A DNA stretch of 62,730 nt, filler included, from Basidiobolus ranarum (GCA_040143965.1; 36 parts of 36 records of this genome joined end to end with filler, not necessarily neighbours in it); one strand, 5' to 3'; positions 23,154-35,149 are shown, counted from the whole stretch's first letter. Made by a program: numbers and translations. The notes: generated from the letters alone by a model not told the origin.

Positions 23154-24167
23154 ATGAAAGTAATTTTGCAACAAAAGGGGGGAGACATTTCCGTCCTCGA
23201 AGAGAGCACCCTTCCTAAACCATCCCCTACGGGATCCGACATACTGGTCCGTAACCTCGCTGTTTCTGTAAATCCGGTCGATTACAAAGTACGCTCTGGA
23301 GTTTTCATTCAAACGTATCCTTTGGTCATAGGTTGGGACGGAGCTGGCGTGGTTGAAGCAGTTGGTGAGAATGTTAAACAGTACAAAGTGGGTGATGAAG
23401 TTATCTATTCTGGGTCTGTAATACGTTCAGGTTCCAACTCGGAGTACACCCTGGTCGACGAGCGAATTGTAGGTAGAAAGCCTAAATCTTTGTCTTTTAC
23501 TGATGCGGCAGGTTTGCCTTTGACAGCTCTTACCGCATGGGAAGCGCTCGTGGAACAGCTTGCGATCCCTGTTCCAGAAAGCAAGTCCTCTAAAAATCCT
23601 AAATCGATCTTGATCATCAACGGGGCTGGTGGTGTTGGCTCACTAGCCACACAATTCGCGTCCAAAGTTTTGAATCTCTCCAATGTTGTTGCTACCGCCT
23701 CTCGCCCGGAGACAATTGATTGGTGTAAAAAAATGGGTGCAACACATGTGATTAATCATCGCGAAGATCTCAAACAACAAATAACTCAACTTGGGTTGAC
23801 TGTGGACTACGTATTCATTTGCCATTCTACCGCAAATTACCTCCCGATAGTCCAAGATATTATTAAACCATTTGGACGTATTGTTACCATCGTCGAGGTG
23901 GAAAGCCCCTTACCTTTTACTGACATGTCTAAGTCTTTAAGCTTTTCCTGGGAGTTTATGTTTGCAAAGAGCATGCACAATCACGATATGATTTCACAGT
24001 CTGTGATCTTAAATCGTGTTGCTGATCTTGTTGATTCAGGCGTGATTCTACCAACTGTTACCGAAACGTTGGACTTTTCGTTGGAAGCTCTTCGTGCAGC
24101 TCACAAGAAGGTTGAGGATGGTGTAGTTATAGGAAAAATTGTGTTAGATATGGAAAATTGGGTCTAG
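23154..24167 (+). CDS. Zinc-type alcohol dehydrogenase-like / NADPH:quinone oxidoreductase (MDR superfamily), complete and intronless
   Basis: 337 aa with AVSVNPVDYKVR, GWDGAGVVEAVG, LPLTALTAWEAL, the Rossmann motif INGAGGVGS, KSLSFSWEFMF and IGKIVL. TATAAA lies near 23089. Confidence 0.95.
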   Translation: MKVILQQKGGDISVLEESTLPKPSPTGSDILVRNLAVSVNPVDYKVRSGVFIQTYPLVIGWDGAGVVEAVGENVKQYKVGDEVIYSGSVIRSGSNSEYTLVDERIVGRKPKSLSFTDAAGLPLTALTAWEALVEQLAIPVPESKSSKNPKSILIINGAGGVGSLATQFASKVLNLSNVVATASRPETIDWCKKMGATHVINHREDLKQQITQLGLTVDYVFICHSTANYLPIVQDIIKPFGRIVTIVEVESPLPFTDMSKSLSFSWEFMFAKSMHNHDMISQSVILNRVADLVDSGVILPTVTETLDFSLEALRAAHKKVEDGVVIGKIVLDMENWV

Positions 24168-24524
24168 CGATTCCATTTACCATTTGTCTTTTCTGCGTTT
24201 TTGTCAGGTACAGTGTTTGAATCTAAAATGATATGAATTAAAAAAATTAATTAAACATTTCATAAAATCAATCGCAAAAGATTGGAAATAAGTGAAGACA
24301 CATGGCAAAAGAAACTTACTCAAATATTTAGTGTGGCGATTGTGTTTAGTGTAGCGATAACCACACAGGATTTGATAACCACACAGGAATANNNNNNNNN
24401 NNNNNNNNNNNNNNNNNNNNNNNNNNNNNNNNNNNTTAATTAATTAANNNNNNNNNNNNNNNNNNNNNNNNNNNNNNNNNNNNNNNNNNNNAGTTGAAAT
24501 TAACTTGTTGGGTTTTAATTTCAG

Positions 24525-25989
24525 TATAGCAAAGGCCGGAATCGTGTGTAGTCTTCCAGCAAGAACATGTGTTATAGGTACTTTAACTAAAGACATCCTT
24601 TTGCAATTCTAATCTCACAATATCTTTTTATCAAGCTGCTGCTAACCCTATTGGAGGACATTATAAGTAATTCTTGAATATTTTATCTTATTGTTGTGCA
24701 TTTGGCAAATAACTAATCGTATCTGCATTGTGCTATATCAGTAAAGCCAAAACAGTATCAGAGAATTTAAAGATGAGTAGCGCTTTGCTTTCTCGATTTG
24801 ATTTGATTTTTATCTTAATTGATAAACCGAATGAAGAGATGGACATGTTCCTCTCTGAGCACGTTATGGCCGTAAGCAATTTTTATCAAGATGCATTTTG
24901 ATTGCATTAACTAACATTCTCACTAGCTTCATTCAGGCTCAAGTGACAAGAAGACATCTGCTCGCTTTTCAGGTAGTAATCGAGTTACAAGTAGAGCCTG
25001 TGTAATTTTATGTACTTTACTAACCATAATACTGGCGCATAAGGTGACGACTCAGATGCCCAAGATGTTCAAGATGAAACACCGTTAAGCGAGCGATTGA
25101 AGCTAGGTCGTTATGAATCTTTGGATTTAATTCCACCTTCATTACTTCGAAAATATATTGCTTATGCACGAAAATACGTTCACCCAAGGTTTTTAGATGA
25201 TGCTTGATGCTTTATACATACCGATTATTGATTTTTCTGTCTAGACTTTCAAAAGAAGCCTGCGATATACTTCAAGACTTCTATCTGAGTCTCAGGGCAA
25301 ACCATCGCTCTCCGGACTCTACACCGATTACAACACGTCAGCTAGAGTCTATGATTCGCTTGGCAGAAGCTAAGGCACGATCAGAGTTACGAGAAACTGT
25401 TAGTAAAAAAGACGCCACAGATGTTGTTGAGATCATGTAAGTGTATCTTAATATTGCCTATCAAGTAAACCTATGGCCTAAGCAAATTCATGGTATGTAG
25501 GAAATACAGCCTATTTGAAACCTACAAGGATGAATTCGGGAATCTAGATTTTCAAAGATCTCAACTAGGTACTGTCTTGCTCAAAAATGGAACTTCGATA
25601 ATTATATTTTGACGTTAGATTTCATCCATTAGGAACAGGGATGAGTAAAAGATCGGAATCTAAAAGGTTTGTGGAAATAATTGTTTAAGCTATACCATCC
25701 AAGTGTTGAGTAGTTTCCATAGATTCATTGCCCGCCTCCAAAGTATCAGTGAATCTACTTACAACAATAGATTCACATACCAGCAACTATATCAGATTGC
25801 CTCAGGTAAACTCCAAACATCCCTAATAATCATAATAATCTTACTTCGCTAACTCGCATAACTTATATAAATGCAGAAATGAATTTGCGACTGGATAACT
25901 TCAATGATTTCGTCGATACACTGAATAACCAAAGCTACCTGCTCAAGAAAGGGCCCAGAGTATATCAATTAACAACTTCAAGTCTCTAA
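24525..25989 (+). CDS. MCM8: DNA helicase MCM8, C-terminal half (10 exons)
   Basis: Exons 24525-24577, 24636-24666, 24742-24871, 24927-24972, 25044-25188, 25245-25436, 25501-25568, 25633-25666, 25723-25805 and 25877-25989 splice in frame. They give [55 protein letters not shown] and [12 protein letters not shown]. Confidence 0.92.
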
Positions 25990-26487
25990 GTTGGTATTAA
26001 TTTCCAATATCCTGTATAAAGGTAGTCTGAGTAATATTGTATATTAGTTTACACTTTTCAATTTTCAAATACTATAAATTAAACCAGTGTTCTCGAGACC
26101 ATTTTCAGAAGGATTATTTTGGATATACCCTAAGTATANNNNNNNNNNNNNNNNNNNNNNNNNNNNNNNNNNNNNNNNNNNNTTAATTAATTAANNNNNN
26201 NNNNNNNNNNNNNNNNNNNNNNNNNNNNNNNNNNNNNNTAGTCCTATTAAACATTAAACAATATATAGAACATATTCAATTTTTTAAAACCTCAGTGTCT
26301 AATTCTCATATATAAATTTTGTCCAAAACACTTCCATATCCCCTGAACACTTTTATTACATATAAGGCTAATACATCTAGGTTTGTCTTATCTAGCCTGA
26401 AATAAATACATTAGTTGGCATTACTCTTTTGGAATTTGAGTATTTCTAGATTAGCATTTATCTAGCTATTCTAAGCTCTTTGCAATT

Positions 26488-26669
26488 GGACTTGTTCAAT
26501 TGAGCCAGGATTTATCAGACCTTGGATTAATATGATGAAATATATGTATTTGAAATTAGTTGTGCCTGAAGATGATGGCTAGAGCCAAACTGTGCCATTT
26601 AAACTTTAGAAAACTTTATCTAATATGCTATATACAGCCAAATCTGGCACTATTGCAGACAACAAGTCC
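26488..26669 (-). mobile_element. 182-bp MITE, TSD ATT
   Basis: ATT|GGACTTGTTC...CAACAAGTCC|ATT, in reverse orientation relative to the copy at 19727. Confidence 0.9.
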
Positions 26670-26672
26670 ATT

Positions 26673-27884
26673 GTTTTAAGCCTTATAGAACTTTCCAGAA
26701 ACTAAAAACTTTTTTAGGGTTTTCTAGGTCCACAAATCCATCTGGCTGCTCCATTTAGATCTCCTCAGCAAGCTACCAATTCCAAAACAGCAATTTCATC
26801 ATTCATATGTGCTAAATATACTGATATTTTGCTGTAATTGCTGAAATCAATATAAATGAATTGAACTCTGGTATAAGAGCAAAAGTTTCTGTATAATATA
26901 TTTCTGGTGTTTGAGAACAGCCTTTGGCTACTTGTCTAACATTGTACCTTCCTATATTGCCATCAGAGTGGTAATTAACTATTAACACCCATTGGCAACC
27001 AGTTGATTTTCTATCATCAGGTAAGTTGGTAAGACCTAAGTCTGATATCAAACAGTGCATGGTACTCATCAGCCATTGCAGTTCTCCAAAATTTTGTATG
27101 AGAGAAATTTGGGCCTCTTTAACAAACTGAGGCTCATGTATATGAGCTGTGTAGGCATGGGCCCAATGCTGGGACTTAATGATGTAGTAATCAGGGCTAT
27201 TGCTAATGCATTTTTATATCCTAACATGGAATAAAGTCATTATAACTTCTGGCATCATATTGGTCACTTTAGTGGGCAAGATATTTGTTGACAGGTCAAC
27301 AGGAATGCCATTTACTTCATGTTATGGTTTGAATCAATTTAAATGATTGGGTCATGAGAAAATTGATCAAATGTAGACTGATATTTGGTTGAGGTTTTGA
27401 CACATGCAATGCATCCAAAGATCCTCAAATGTTTTCCATCAGGTTTAGTTCCAAACCAAGCTTCATATGGTGTAGAGATAGACAGACTTATAGTAAAACT
27501 GCAATTATTCATATATACAGCTATAGCAACAGATTTGGCCTAATAGGTATAAGATAAAATTTTGTTCATTTATCATATATTTTGCAATTCCTATTATAGT
27601 CCGGTTAGCTCTTTCAGCAACTCCATTTTGTTGAGGTGAATAGGGGGCAGTGGCTTCTTTCTTAATTCCTTGAACTTTGCAAAAGTGCTGTACATTCCCA
27701 CTCAACTAATTATTTTGTATTTCTCTTAAACCTAACTTATATCTTAATAATTCAAATTGTGCTTTAGCTAAAGGCTTGGTTAAGTTATTAGCTATCACTT
27801 CTCCAGTAGGGCAATAGACAAGCTTAATTATATCATTCTCTATTGCTTCTCTAACAAAATGATGCATATTATCTATATGTTTTG
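26673..27884 (-). mobile_element. Copia integrase/RT fragments plus a nested RNase H end with PPT
   Basis: APYSPQQNGVAERANRT and RKSTGCQWVL...RQVAKGCSQ. The stretch 27697-27884 matches the RNase H/PPT at 61092-61200. Confidence 0.85.
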
Positions 27885-27984
27885 NNNNNNNNNNNNNNNN
27901 NNNNNNNNNNNNNNNNNNNNNNNNNNNNTTAATTAATTAANNNNNNNNNNNNNNNNNNNNNNNNNNNNNNNNNNNNNNNNNNNN

Positions 27985-29319
27985 CCATCCAGAGCCAATG
28001 CAAATGCATGATCATACATGTTCTCAAAGAAACCTTGACTTTTCAGATTCTGGTAGTGATATCCATGAAGTATATTGGTAATACCATCAGCTTTACGGTG
28101 AGTACTTTGGTATTGGAGCAATGACTTATATTTGGGTGATTTTATCAAAACTTTAAGACAGGGAATCAATGGTATGTAAGCCAAATATGAATGATACTTA
28201 TCTGATTCAGTGATTGCCCATTGTGTGCAAACAGTACTTGACTTCAGGTTTTACAGATCACTGGTGAGAGCCTAATAGCCATTTGGACATGAAGGTAGTT
28301 TATTACTGAAGGATTATAAGTCATACAATTATCAAGTGCTTTCCACTTGTACCAGGTCTGTGTCAAACAACAGTTGCCAATTAACTTTGGAAAAAGAGTA
28401 AGAAAACCAATAAACACCTGGTTGCTAAGATTGGTTTGACCTCTCCACTCCTCAATAATCAAAGCTGCATCCTTTACTGTAGGTGTTATGAGTGTACTAA
28501 AGCTTTCCAATTACACAGAGCCCATTACAAAACCATTGTCTTCTTCTTCATCATCTGATATATTACCATCAGTACTGGAATAACCAAGGTCAACATCTAG
28601 CCGCAAGTCCTCAAAGTTGTCTGGACTTACTGGTTTGGCAAAGTAGCATTTATATCTACATCATTCTGGTCATATAACTGTGGTAACTCCATGATATCTT
28701 GACATTTAGTGGTGTTACCAAAACTTTGAGGCAGAGTACAGTCAATAAACTCAGTGAGCAAAACTAAAGTCAGTTGTGCGCACTTATTACTGCTGATATT
28801 CACAAGGCATTGTGCAGCTGGTGGCTTTGTGCAGTGACCATATTTGTGATTATTTTTTCTACAAAGCCTCTGGCTTTCATAACTCAAGAATTTTTGACAA
28901 TAATAGCAGGGCTTCTTGAAATGTTTGTGTTCCAGCATGAGAAGGATATTGTGGAAATAAGAACACCTCATATGTAAGGGTGGCATTTTAGGTATAGCTC
29001 AGCAATATCATCATCTGATTCTGAGATAGTGTCACAGATGAGTCATCAGTGTATTTACAAGAAATTTCTGGCAATGGATGTCAATTTTGGTTTATTATTA
29101 GCTCTTTCTAACCAACTTTATTACACCAAGTTTACCATATGAAAATTTCCAAGCCATTCAAAAAGCATTCAAAATCTAACTCATAATTGGCTTCCAAGCC
29201 AAAGCCTGCTGGCACAGAAGGAAAAGAACCAGCAAGAACAGAGGATTTAATTGATGATCAGTCTAGCAATCCACTATCCACTTTGGAAGGCATTAACATG
29301 CCATTGACTAACTCAAGTA
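27985..29319. mobile_element. CACTA-like element central region: transposase 5' half (minus) and ORF2 start (plus), arranged divergently
   Basis: The minus strand from about 29050 down to 27985 ends FFENMYDHAFALALD. The plus strand from about 29139 reads MKISKPFKKHSKS. Confidence 0.8.
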
Positions 29320-29630
29320 CCCTAACAGAAATTTGAGGATTGTAATTGTAGGAAAACCGTCACAATTTAATCCATTTGGGATTGACTGTTTACTTACCAT
29401 CATAAAATTGTCAAGTTAGATTTGATTTTAATCAATTTTTTCAGTTTCAGGAGTTAAATTTCGAGATCTTGCAAAATAGTTGCAAATGATTGGCTAAAAT
29501 CTCAGAGAACTATGGATCCACACATGTGCGAAAAACGTAACTCAAATTTTACACAATTGCCACTTGAACCCTAATTTGTCACCTTTGAAATCCCTAGTCT
29601 CTTTGATATATTCTCCTGAATATTTTTATA
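29320..29630 (+). mobile_element. CACTA-like end A nested in ORF2 of another copy
   Basis: CCCTAACAGAAATTTGAGG. Confidence 0.85.
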
Positions 29631-29742
29631 NNNNNNNNNNNNNNNNNNNNNNNNNNNNNNNNNNNNNNNNNNNNTTAATTAATTAANNNNNNNNNNNNNN
29701 NNNNNNNNNNNNNNNNNNNNNNNNNNNNNNTTTTATTAGCCA

Positions 29743-30330
29743 ACTTGCGCTGCCAGTATCTATAACAAACTGTTTCCATTCACCAAGGAATTCGGTACAC
29801 TAGGTCATTCTTCCAGTGAAGTGCGCTTGAAATATTGCCAGTTGACTCTTGCTGTAATCTACAGATATCGTGTCCTCAGCTATTCAAGGGTTACTACAGC
29901 AATCCCGAGGCTAACAAACAAGCCGTCACTAAAGATGGATGGTTCTGAACAGGGGATACAGACAATCTTGTCAATGAGAACTTGTTAGAAGAACCAAGGA
30001 TAGTAATATTCTTCGTGGTGTAAGTTATTACAGTAATGAACTCGAGGCTGCATCAAAAGATATAGACAGGATTTTTCTTTCATATGTTGATGTTTGTCCT
30101 GTCTTTTCGTCGCTGTTTGTCCTATCCGGCCAAAGGGCTCTCAAACAGAACAACTTGCCGTTTTCTATCTTCCTTCATTCTCACTATCCGATACTCATTC
30201 CAGTATTCAACAATGCTCTCAGGCACCTCACGTAATACTGCCACTCTCCAAAAATATCTTGACTAAAGATTCATTGGGCAAGTTGTCAAGAGGAAAGCTA
30301 CGTCAACGATATGAAAAATTATTAAGATTG
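29743..30330 (+). pseudogene. Decayed adenylation domain of an A-T-TE NRPS-like (alpha-keto-acid-dimerising, atromentin/terrequinone synthetase type) enzyme
   Basis: Colinear motifs across shifting frames: TCAASIYNKLFP, EFGTLG, NLQISCPQLFKGYYSNPEA, DGWF*TGD, RTKDSNILRGVSYYSNELEAA, PIRPKGSQTEQLAVFYLP and TKDSLGKLSRGKLRQRYE. Confidence 0.75.
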
Positions 30331-31476
30331 TCGAACAAATCGTCCAAACAAGAAAGCTTTGGAAATATAAGAAGCCAATATCCGATACTGAAATCGCTTT
30401 AGCTTGAATTATTGAACACTTAAATTTAGTCAAGGTAAGACTACAATTGTAATACGGAAATGCCATGTGTTTTTTACTAATCGATATGTTTCATTACAGA
30501 ATTGGCCAGTCATCAGAATTATGCAGTATACCACTATTTGAGCACTTGCAACACATTGAATGCTCAACCAGAACTATGATCCAGTTGTCCTGTTACAAGT
30601 AGCAGGATCAGGTGTCAGTACTATCGCTATAGAACTATGATCTTGATTCTCACTTACAATGTTTATTATTGGAATGTAGACATAGCTTATACTAACCACA
30701 GTATCCTTAGCTGAATAACATTTAACTAGCAATCGAAACTTGCTTCATGTTGGCGAACAGACATAACCCGAGAATATGATTCTAGTAAAGATGTGATTGA
30801 GACAGACACAGAGCCCAAGGAATAATTTGAGATTCTGCTGGTAACTGTACCTGAACTACTACTTGAGCCTCTGCATGTGACTGTAGTATTGCAAGATCAG
30901 GACGCTCAAAAAAGATATACACACTAAAGCACACTTTCCATTTAATACTCCGAGATATCGAAAAGTTCTACTTTTCTACTTGCCATATCCAAAATTTTAG
31001 CTTGTACCAAAATGCGATTCTGTGGAAATGCAGGGAAGTAATTTTAAAAGAAGTTGTTTGAGTTTTCCCACTACTTGTGTTGCAGAATAACAAGATAATC
31101 CAGTATAATGCAACGTCGAAAGTCAAATTATTGGGAGTATCAAAGGGAGATATGAGTACTTCTTCACATTGTTCATTGGCAGGATGCTGGTACAAATTTC
31201 TATGATTGGACAATTATTGACTTCGTCCAGTAGTAGTAAGCAACATTGAACCATTGCATGGTTTATTTTTAATGAGTGATATTAATGAATATATACTAAT
31301 TACATAATGTGTTGCTAATCACATCTTTAGTTACACCTGCCGCACCTTGAGCCGGAGGATGAGGGCTCTTCCGGCTNNNNNNNNNNNNNNNNNNNNNNNN
31401 NNNNNNNNNNNNNNNNNNNNTTAATTAATTAANNNNNNNNNNNNNNNNNNNNNNNNNNNNNNNNNNNNNNNNNNNN

Positions 31477-31629
31477 ATGAATACCATCAAGATACTGTCA
31501 AGAAACTGCCACCACACCATCAAAATCCCTGGCAGAATGCAAGTCACCAATATTGTGACGGTTCTCTGATTGTTTGGCAATTTAGAAGGGTGGATCCAAT
31601 CCAGATCAAATTGATTTTATTACTTAAGG
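31477..31629 (+). mobile_element. CACTA-like end B
   Basis: Reverse complement of the 58247 terminus (GGATCCAATCCAGATCAAATTGATTTT). Confidence 0.75.
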
Positions 31630-33122
31630 TTAAGCAGTGTTTTGCTACTACTACTAGTATGGTTCTAATGGAATTAAACTTTGCTATAGGAGCAAATGTT
31701 TCATTGTAGTCCACTCCTTCCATTTGAGAGTATCCTTTAGCAACAAGTCTGGCTTTACATCTTTCCACAGACTAATCAGCTTGCTGTTTAACTTTAAACT
31801 TTCATTTGCATCCAATTGCTTTTTGGTCTTCAGGTAACTGAACCAAAATATAAGTTTGGTTATCTATGAGTGACTGATACTCCTCTGCCATTGCAGCATT
31901 CCAAAACTTTGTGTTGTGACACTCCATAGCCTCCTGTACTGTTTGTGGTTCATCAGAAAAGGCTAAATTGGCACTAGGCTCCTTTTGGCTAGGGTGAGAG
32001 TAGTAATCAGGTAGAGATCCCATCCAATTGGATCTCCTAAGATGGGAAACTGGCACTGCAACTTCTGGCACCAATTTAGGTATTGAAATCACCTCAGGCT
32101 TGGATGAGGAGACTGCAGGTTAGGAATTTTCAATGTTTTTCTAACTAATCAGGATCAGGTGATAGTAAGAAGAATTTTCATCAATTTTTGGTTGTTTTTC
32201 TTGATCCTGGATTGTTTTGTTTGAAAATTTTTCTTCCTCAGCAAATTCCACATTCCTTGCCCTGATTAGCCTCTTAGTATCAGTGTCATAGAGTTTGTAC
32301 CCTCTTGTTTCATCACAATGTCCCTAAAAAAGACATTACTGGCTTTTTCTGTCTAATTTTGTCTCTTCAGGTCTGAAATCATTGCATATGTGGTACTGCC
32401 AAAAACTCTGAGTTTTGCAACCTCAGGTTTACTTCTAAACCAAGCTTGATAAGGTGTCATAGTAAACAGAGACATAGAAGGACACCTATTCCTAGTATAT
32501 ACTGCAGTTACAACTAATTCAGCCCACAATTGTTTTGGTAAATCTTGATCATTAAGCATTGCTCCTGCCTTTTCCATTAGTTATCTGTTTGCATGTCCTG
32601 CTACTCCACTCTGCTGTGAGGAATATGGCACTGTAGTCTGCTGTTTATTGCATCTGTTGAGCAGAAGTTAGAGGAGTTTTGAGGTATATTCCCCTCCATT
32701 ATCAGTATGGATAATCTTGATCTTTAGACCTGTTTCAATCTCTACCACTGCATTGGGTTTCTTGAAGGTATCAAAGGCTTTATCCTTGCTGGCAACAAAG
32801 TACACCCAAGTATACTTTGTCTTATCATCAATAAAGCTCATAGAGTACCTTTTTTCTCCAAAGGATTTGGTCTCTGTTGGGGCACACAGATCTGAGTTTA
32901 TAAGGCCTAATTTTGGATCAATTTTGCCTATTCCAGTGCCCACAAACAGCTGTCTGTGTTGTCTTCCATATAGGTAAACTTCATATAGCTCTAGATCCAG
33001 TAGAATTACACAATTTAGTGCCAAAACATCCTGTTTTTGATTGAATTTCTCATATTTTTAGCTCTTTGATGACCCAATCTCCTATGCCAGATATTCCAGT
33101 CTATCTCTTCAGCTGTGGCAGT
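31630..33122 (-). mobile_element. Copia pol (GAG-pre-integrase, integrase, RT start), degenerate
   Basis: SDLCAP, FIDDKTKYTWVYF, HTDNGGEY, LWAELVVTAVYTRNRCP and [11 protein letters not shown]. Confidence 0.93.
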
Positions 33123-33222
33123 NNNNNNNNNNNNNNNNNNNNNNNNNNNNNNNNNNNNNNNNNNNNTTAATTAATTAANNNNNNNNNNNNNNNNNNNNNN
33201 NNNNNNNNNNNNNNNNNNNNNN

Positions 33223-33600
33223 GACTGTGGTCGTGGTGCTTGGATCAGCGATAGCCAAGGTAATTCATGGTGTGATCCTTACAAGAGCTGGCAAATCGTT
33301 TACAACTATGATCTCACTGCCAACATGACCAAGGAAGAAGGTAAATTGGTCCTTGGTGGTGAAGTTGGACTCTGGGCTGAGCAGATTGATGGTATCAACA
33401 TTGACAGTGTCTTGTGGCCTCGTGGTTCAGCTGCTGCCGAAGTTTTGTGGTCCGATATCAAACTTGCTGATGGTACTATCCGCAAGACTGGTGATGTATT
33501 CCCTCGTATTAATGAACAAAGAGCACGTTTAGTTGATCGTGGTATTGGAGCTGTTCCTTTGCAACCATTGTGGTGTGCTCGCAACCCACGTAATTGCTAG
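33223..33600 (+). CDS. Beta-N-acetylhexosaminidase (GH20), C-terminus
   Basis: DCGRGAW...SWCDPYKSWQIVY, VLGGEVGLWAEQID, LWPRGSAAAEVLWS and PLQPLWCARNPRNC*. Confidence 0.95.
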   Translation, partial: DCGRGAWISDSQGNSWCDPYKSWQIVYNYDLTANMTKEEGKLVLGGEVGLWAEQIDGINIDSVLWPRGSAAAEVLWSDIKLADGTIRKTGDVFPRINEQRARLVDRGIGAVPLQPLWCARNPRNC

Positions 33601-34167
33601 ATATTCAACACTGGCAACAGTGAAATAGTCAATTAATCACATTAGCTTATACAAAGTACAGTTATAATTTTGAATATTTAATTAATAAATTCAATCTGCG
33701 CAATTGATCATGAATAATCGGAAAAAATTTGGTATCAAAATTTCTATTACGACACTACGAATGATATATGAAGGTAGTAAATCCTAGAGAGTTGGCAGTG
33801 ATATTTCAACTTCAATGCTTAGTCCGATGAATTGTTTACCATATTTGACTACTTGAAGTATTAATATATTCGACGCCTATGCAGTTAATCGCGATAGAGA
33901 ACAGCCTCTATTCCGTATTGATCAAAAGATTTTAGAAGTAACAATGAAGCTGTGTTACCTTTTCCCATACGTGACTTGGAGCAACGTCCTTAAGTACAAT
34001 AAAAATTGAATATTCCCAAACTAGTTTGATCAAACCTCAAAGAAATCGGTATCACGTTACTCATAGGCAGTATATTTGAAATAGGCACAAAAATAATGAT
34101 ATCATTGCATATAAAAGTGTATGTAGGAATCTCTTAGTACCGTATCTTACGACTACACTAATTAATT

Positions 34168-34867
34168 ATGGTTGCCATTAAGCTTCTTACTACCATCTCA
34201 CTTTTGGCTGCCACTTCGATGGCTTGGGTTTGGCCATTGCCTGCGAAGATGGATGTTGGCCATAACATCATTCGCTTGAGCAGAAATGAACTTGATATTT
34301 CTATCAAAGCCCCAGCAGGAGCTGATATTCTCGAGAGAGCTGTCCATCGTTACAAGAAGTTGATCTTCACCAAAGGTGAGTTCAGTTCCCTCCTTAACCC
34401 AGTCGAGAAGACAGTGTTCCCCATTCCTACTACTTCCGTCCCCGTTCATCAGCTTGCACCCAAGGGCAAGTACCCTACACTGACTGGACTCAGCATTCAG
34501 GTCAGTGGCCACAACACCAAACTCAATCTCGACACCGATGAATCCTACACTATCGATGTTCCTGCACGTGGTGGCAAGGCTACCATCAAGGCCAAGAGTG
34601 TGTACGGAGCTCTCCGTGGACTCGAATCATTCTCCCAATTGGTCAAGTGGACTGCTGAGGCCAATCAGTACCGCATTCCATTCGCTCCAGTCTCTATTTC
34701 TGACAAGCCAGTCTTCGTCCATCGTGGTGTGATGATTGATTCATCCCGTAACTTCCTCAAGATCGAAGATATCAAGCGTACTCTAGATGCTATGTCTTAC
34801 AACAAGCTCAATGTTCTTCACTGGCATATCATTGATCAACACAGTTTCCCACTTAAAACCAAGACCT
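34168..34867 (+). CDS. Beta-N-acetylhexosaminidase (GH20), N-terminal part, secreted
   Basis: Signal peptide followed by VWPLP, DESYTI, YGALRGLESFSQL, HRGVMIDSSRNF and NKLNVLHWHIIDQHSFP. TATAAAA lies near 34110. Confidence 0.95.
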
Positions 34868-34967
34868 NNNNNNNNNNNNNNNNNNNNNNNNNNNNNNNNN
34901 NNNNNNNNNNNTTAATTAATTAANNNNNNNNNNNNNNNNNNNNNNNNNNNNNNNNNNNNNNNNNNNN

Positions 34968-35149
34968 TTAAGGAAGGTCCCAGGAACATGTGTGCAAAGT
35001 TTGGGGCTTCTTTGAGAAATCTATATATCTGAGAACTTCTAAGTAAATTCCTTATGAGAACAATGGGTAATATCTTAGTGAAATATAAGATAACTAAGTA
35101 CCAAGCTATATATGACTATATAGGTGTTTAGGCAATGCTAATTTCAACA
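34968..35149 (-). repeat. Copia LTR family C, partial
   Basis: Ends GGCAATGCTAATTTCAACA, as at 41126, 43946 and 51386. Confidence 0.8.

Noticed and set aside
29731-29810. Minus-strand FVIDTGSAS resembling an aspartic protease motif
   Set aside because: An in-frame stop lies just upstream, and the plus strand carries a long colinear series of adenylation-domain motifs.
31328-31376. Possible Cys-containing C-terminus (PEEPSSSGSRCGRCN*) on the minus strand at the contig edge
   Set aside because: Only 15 codons, too short to support a call.
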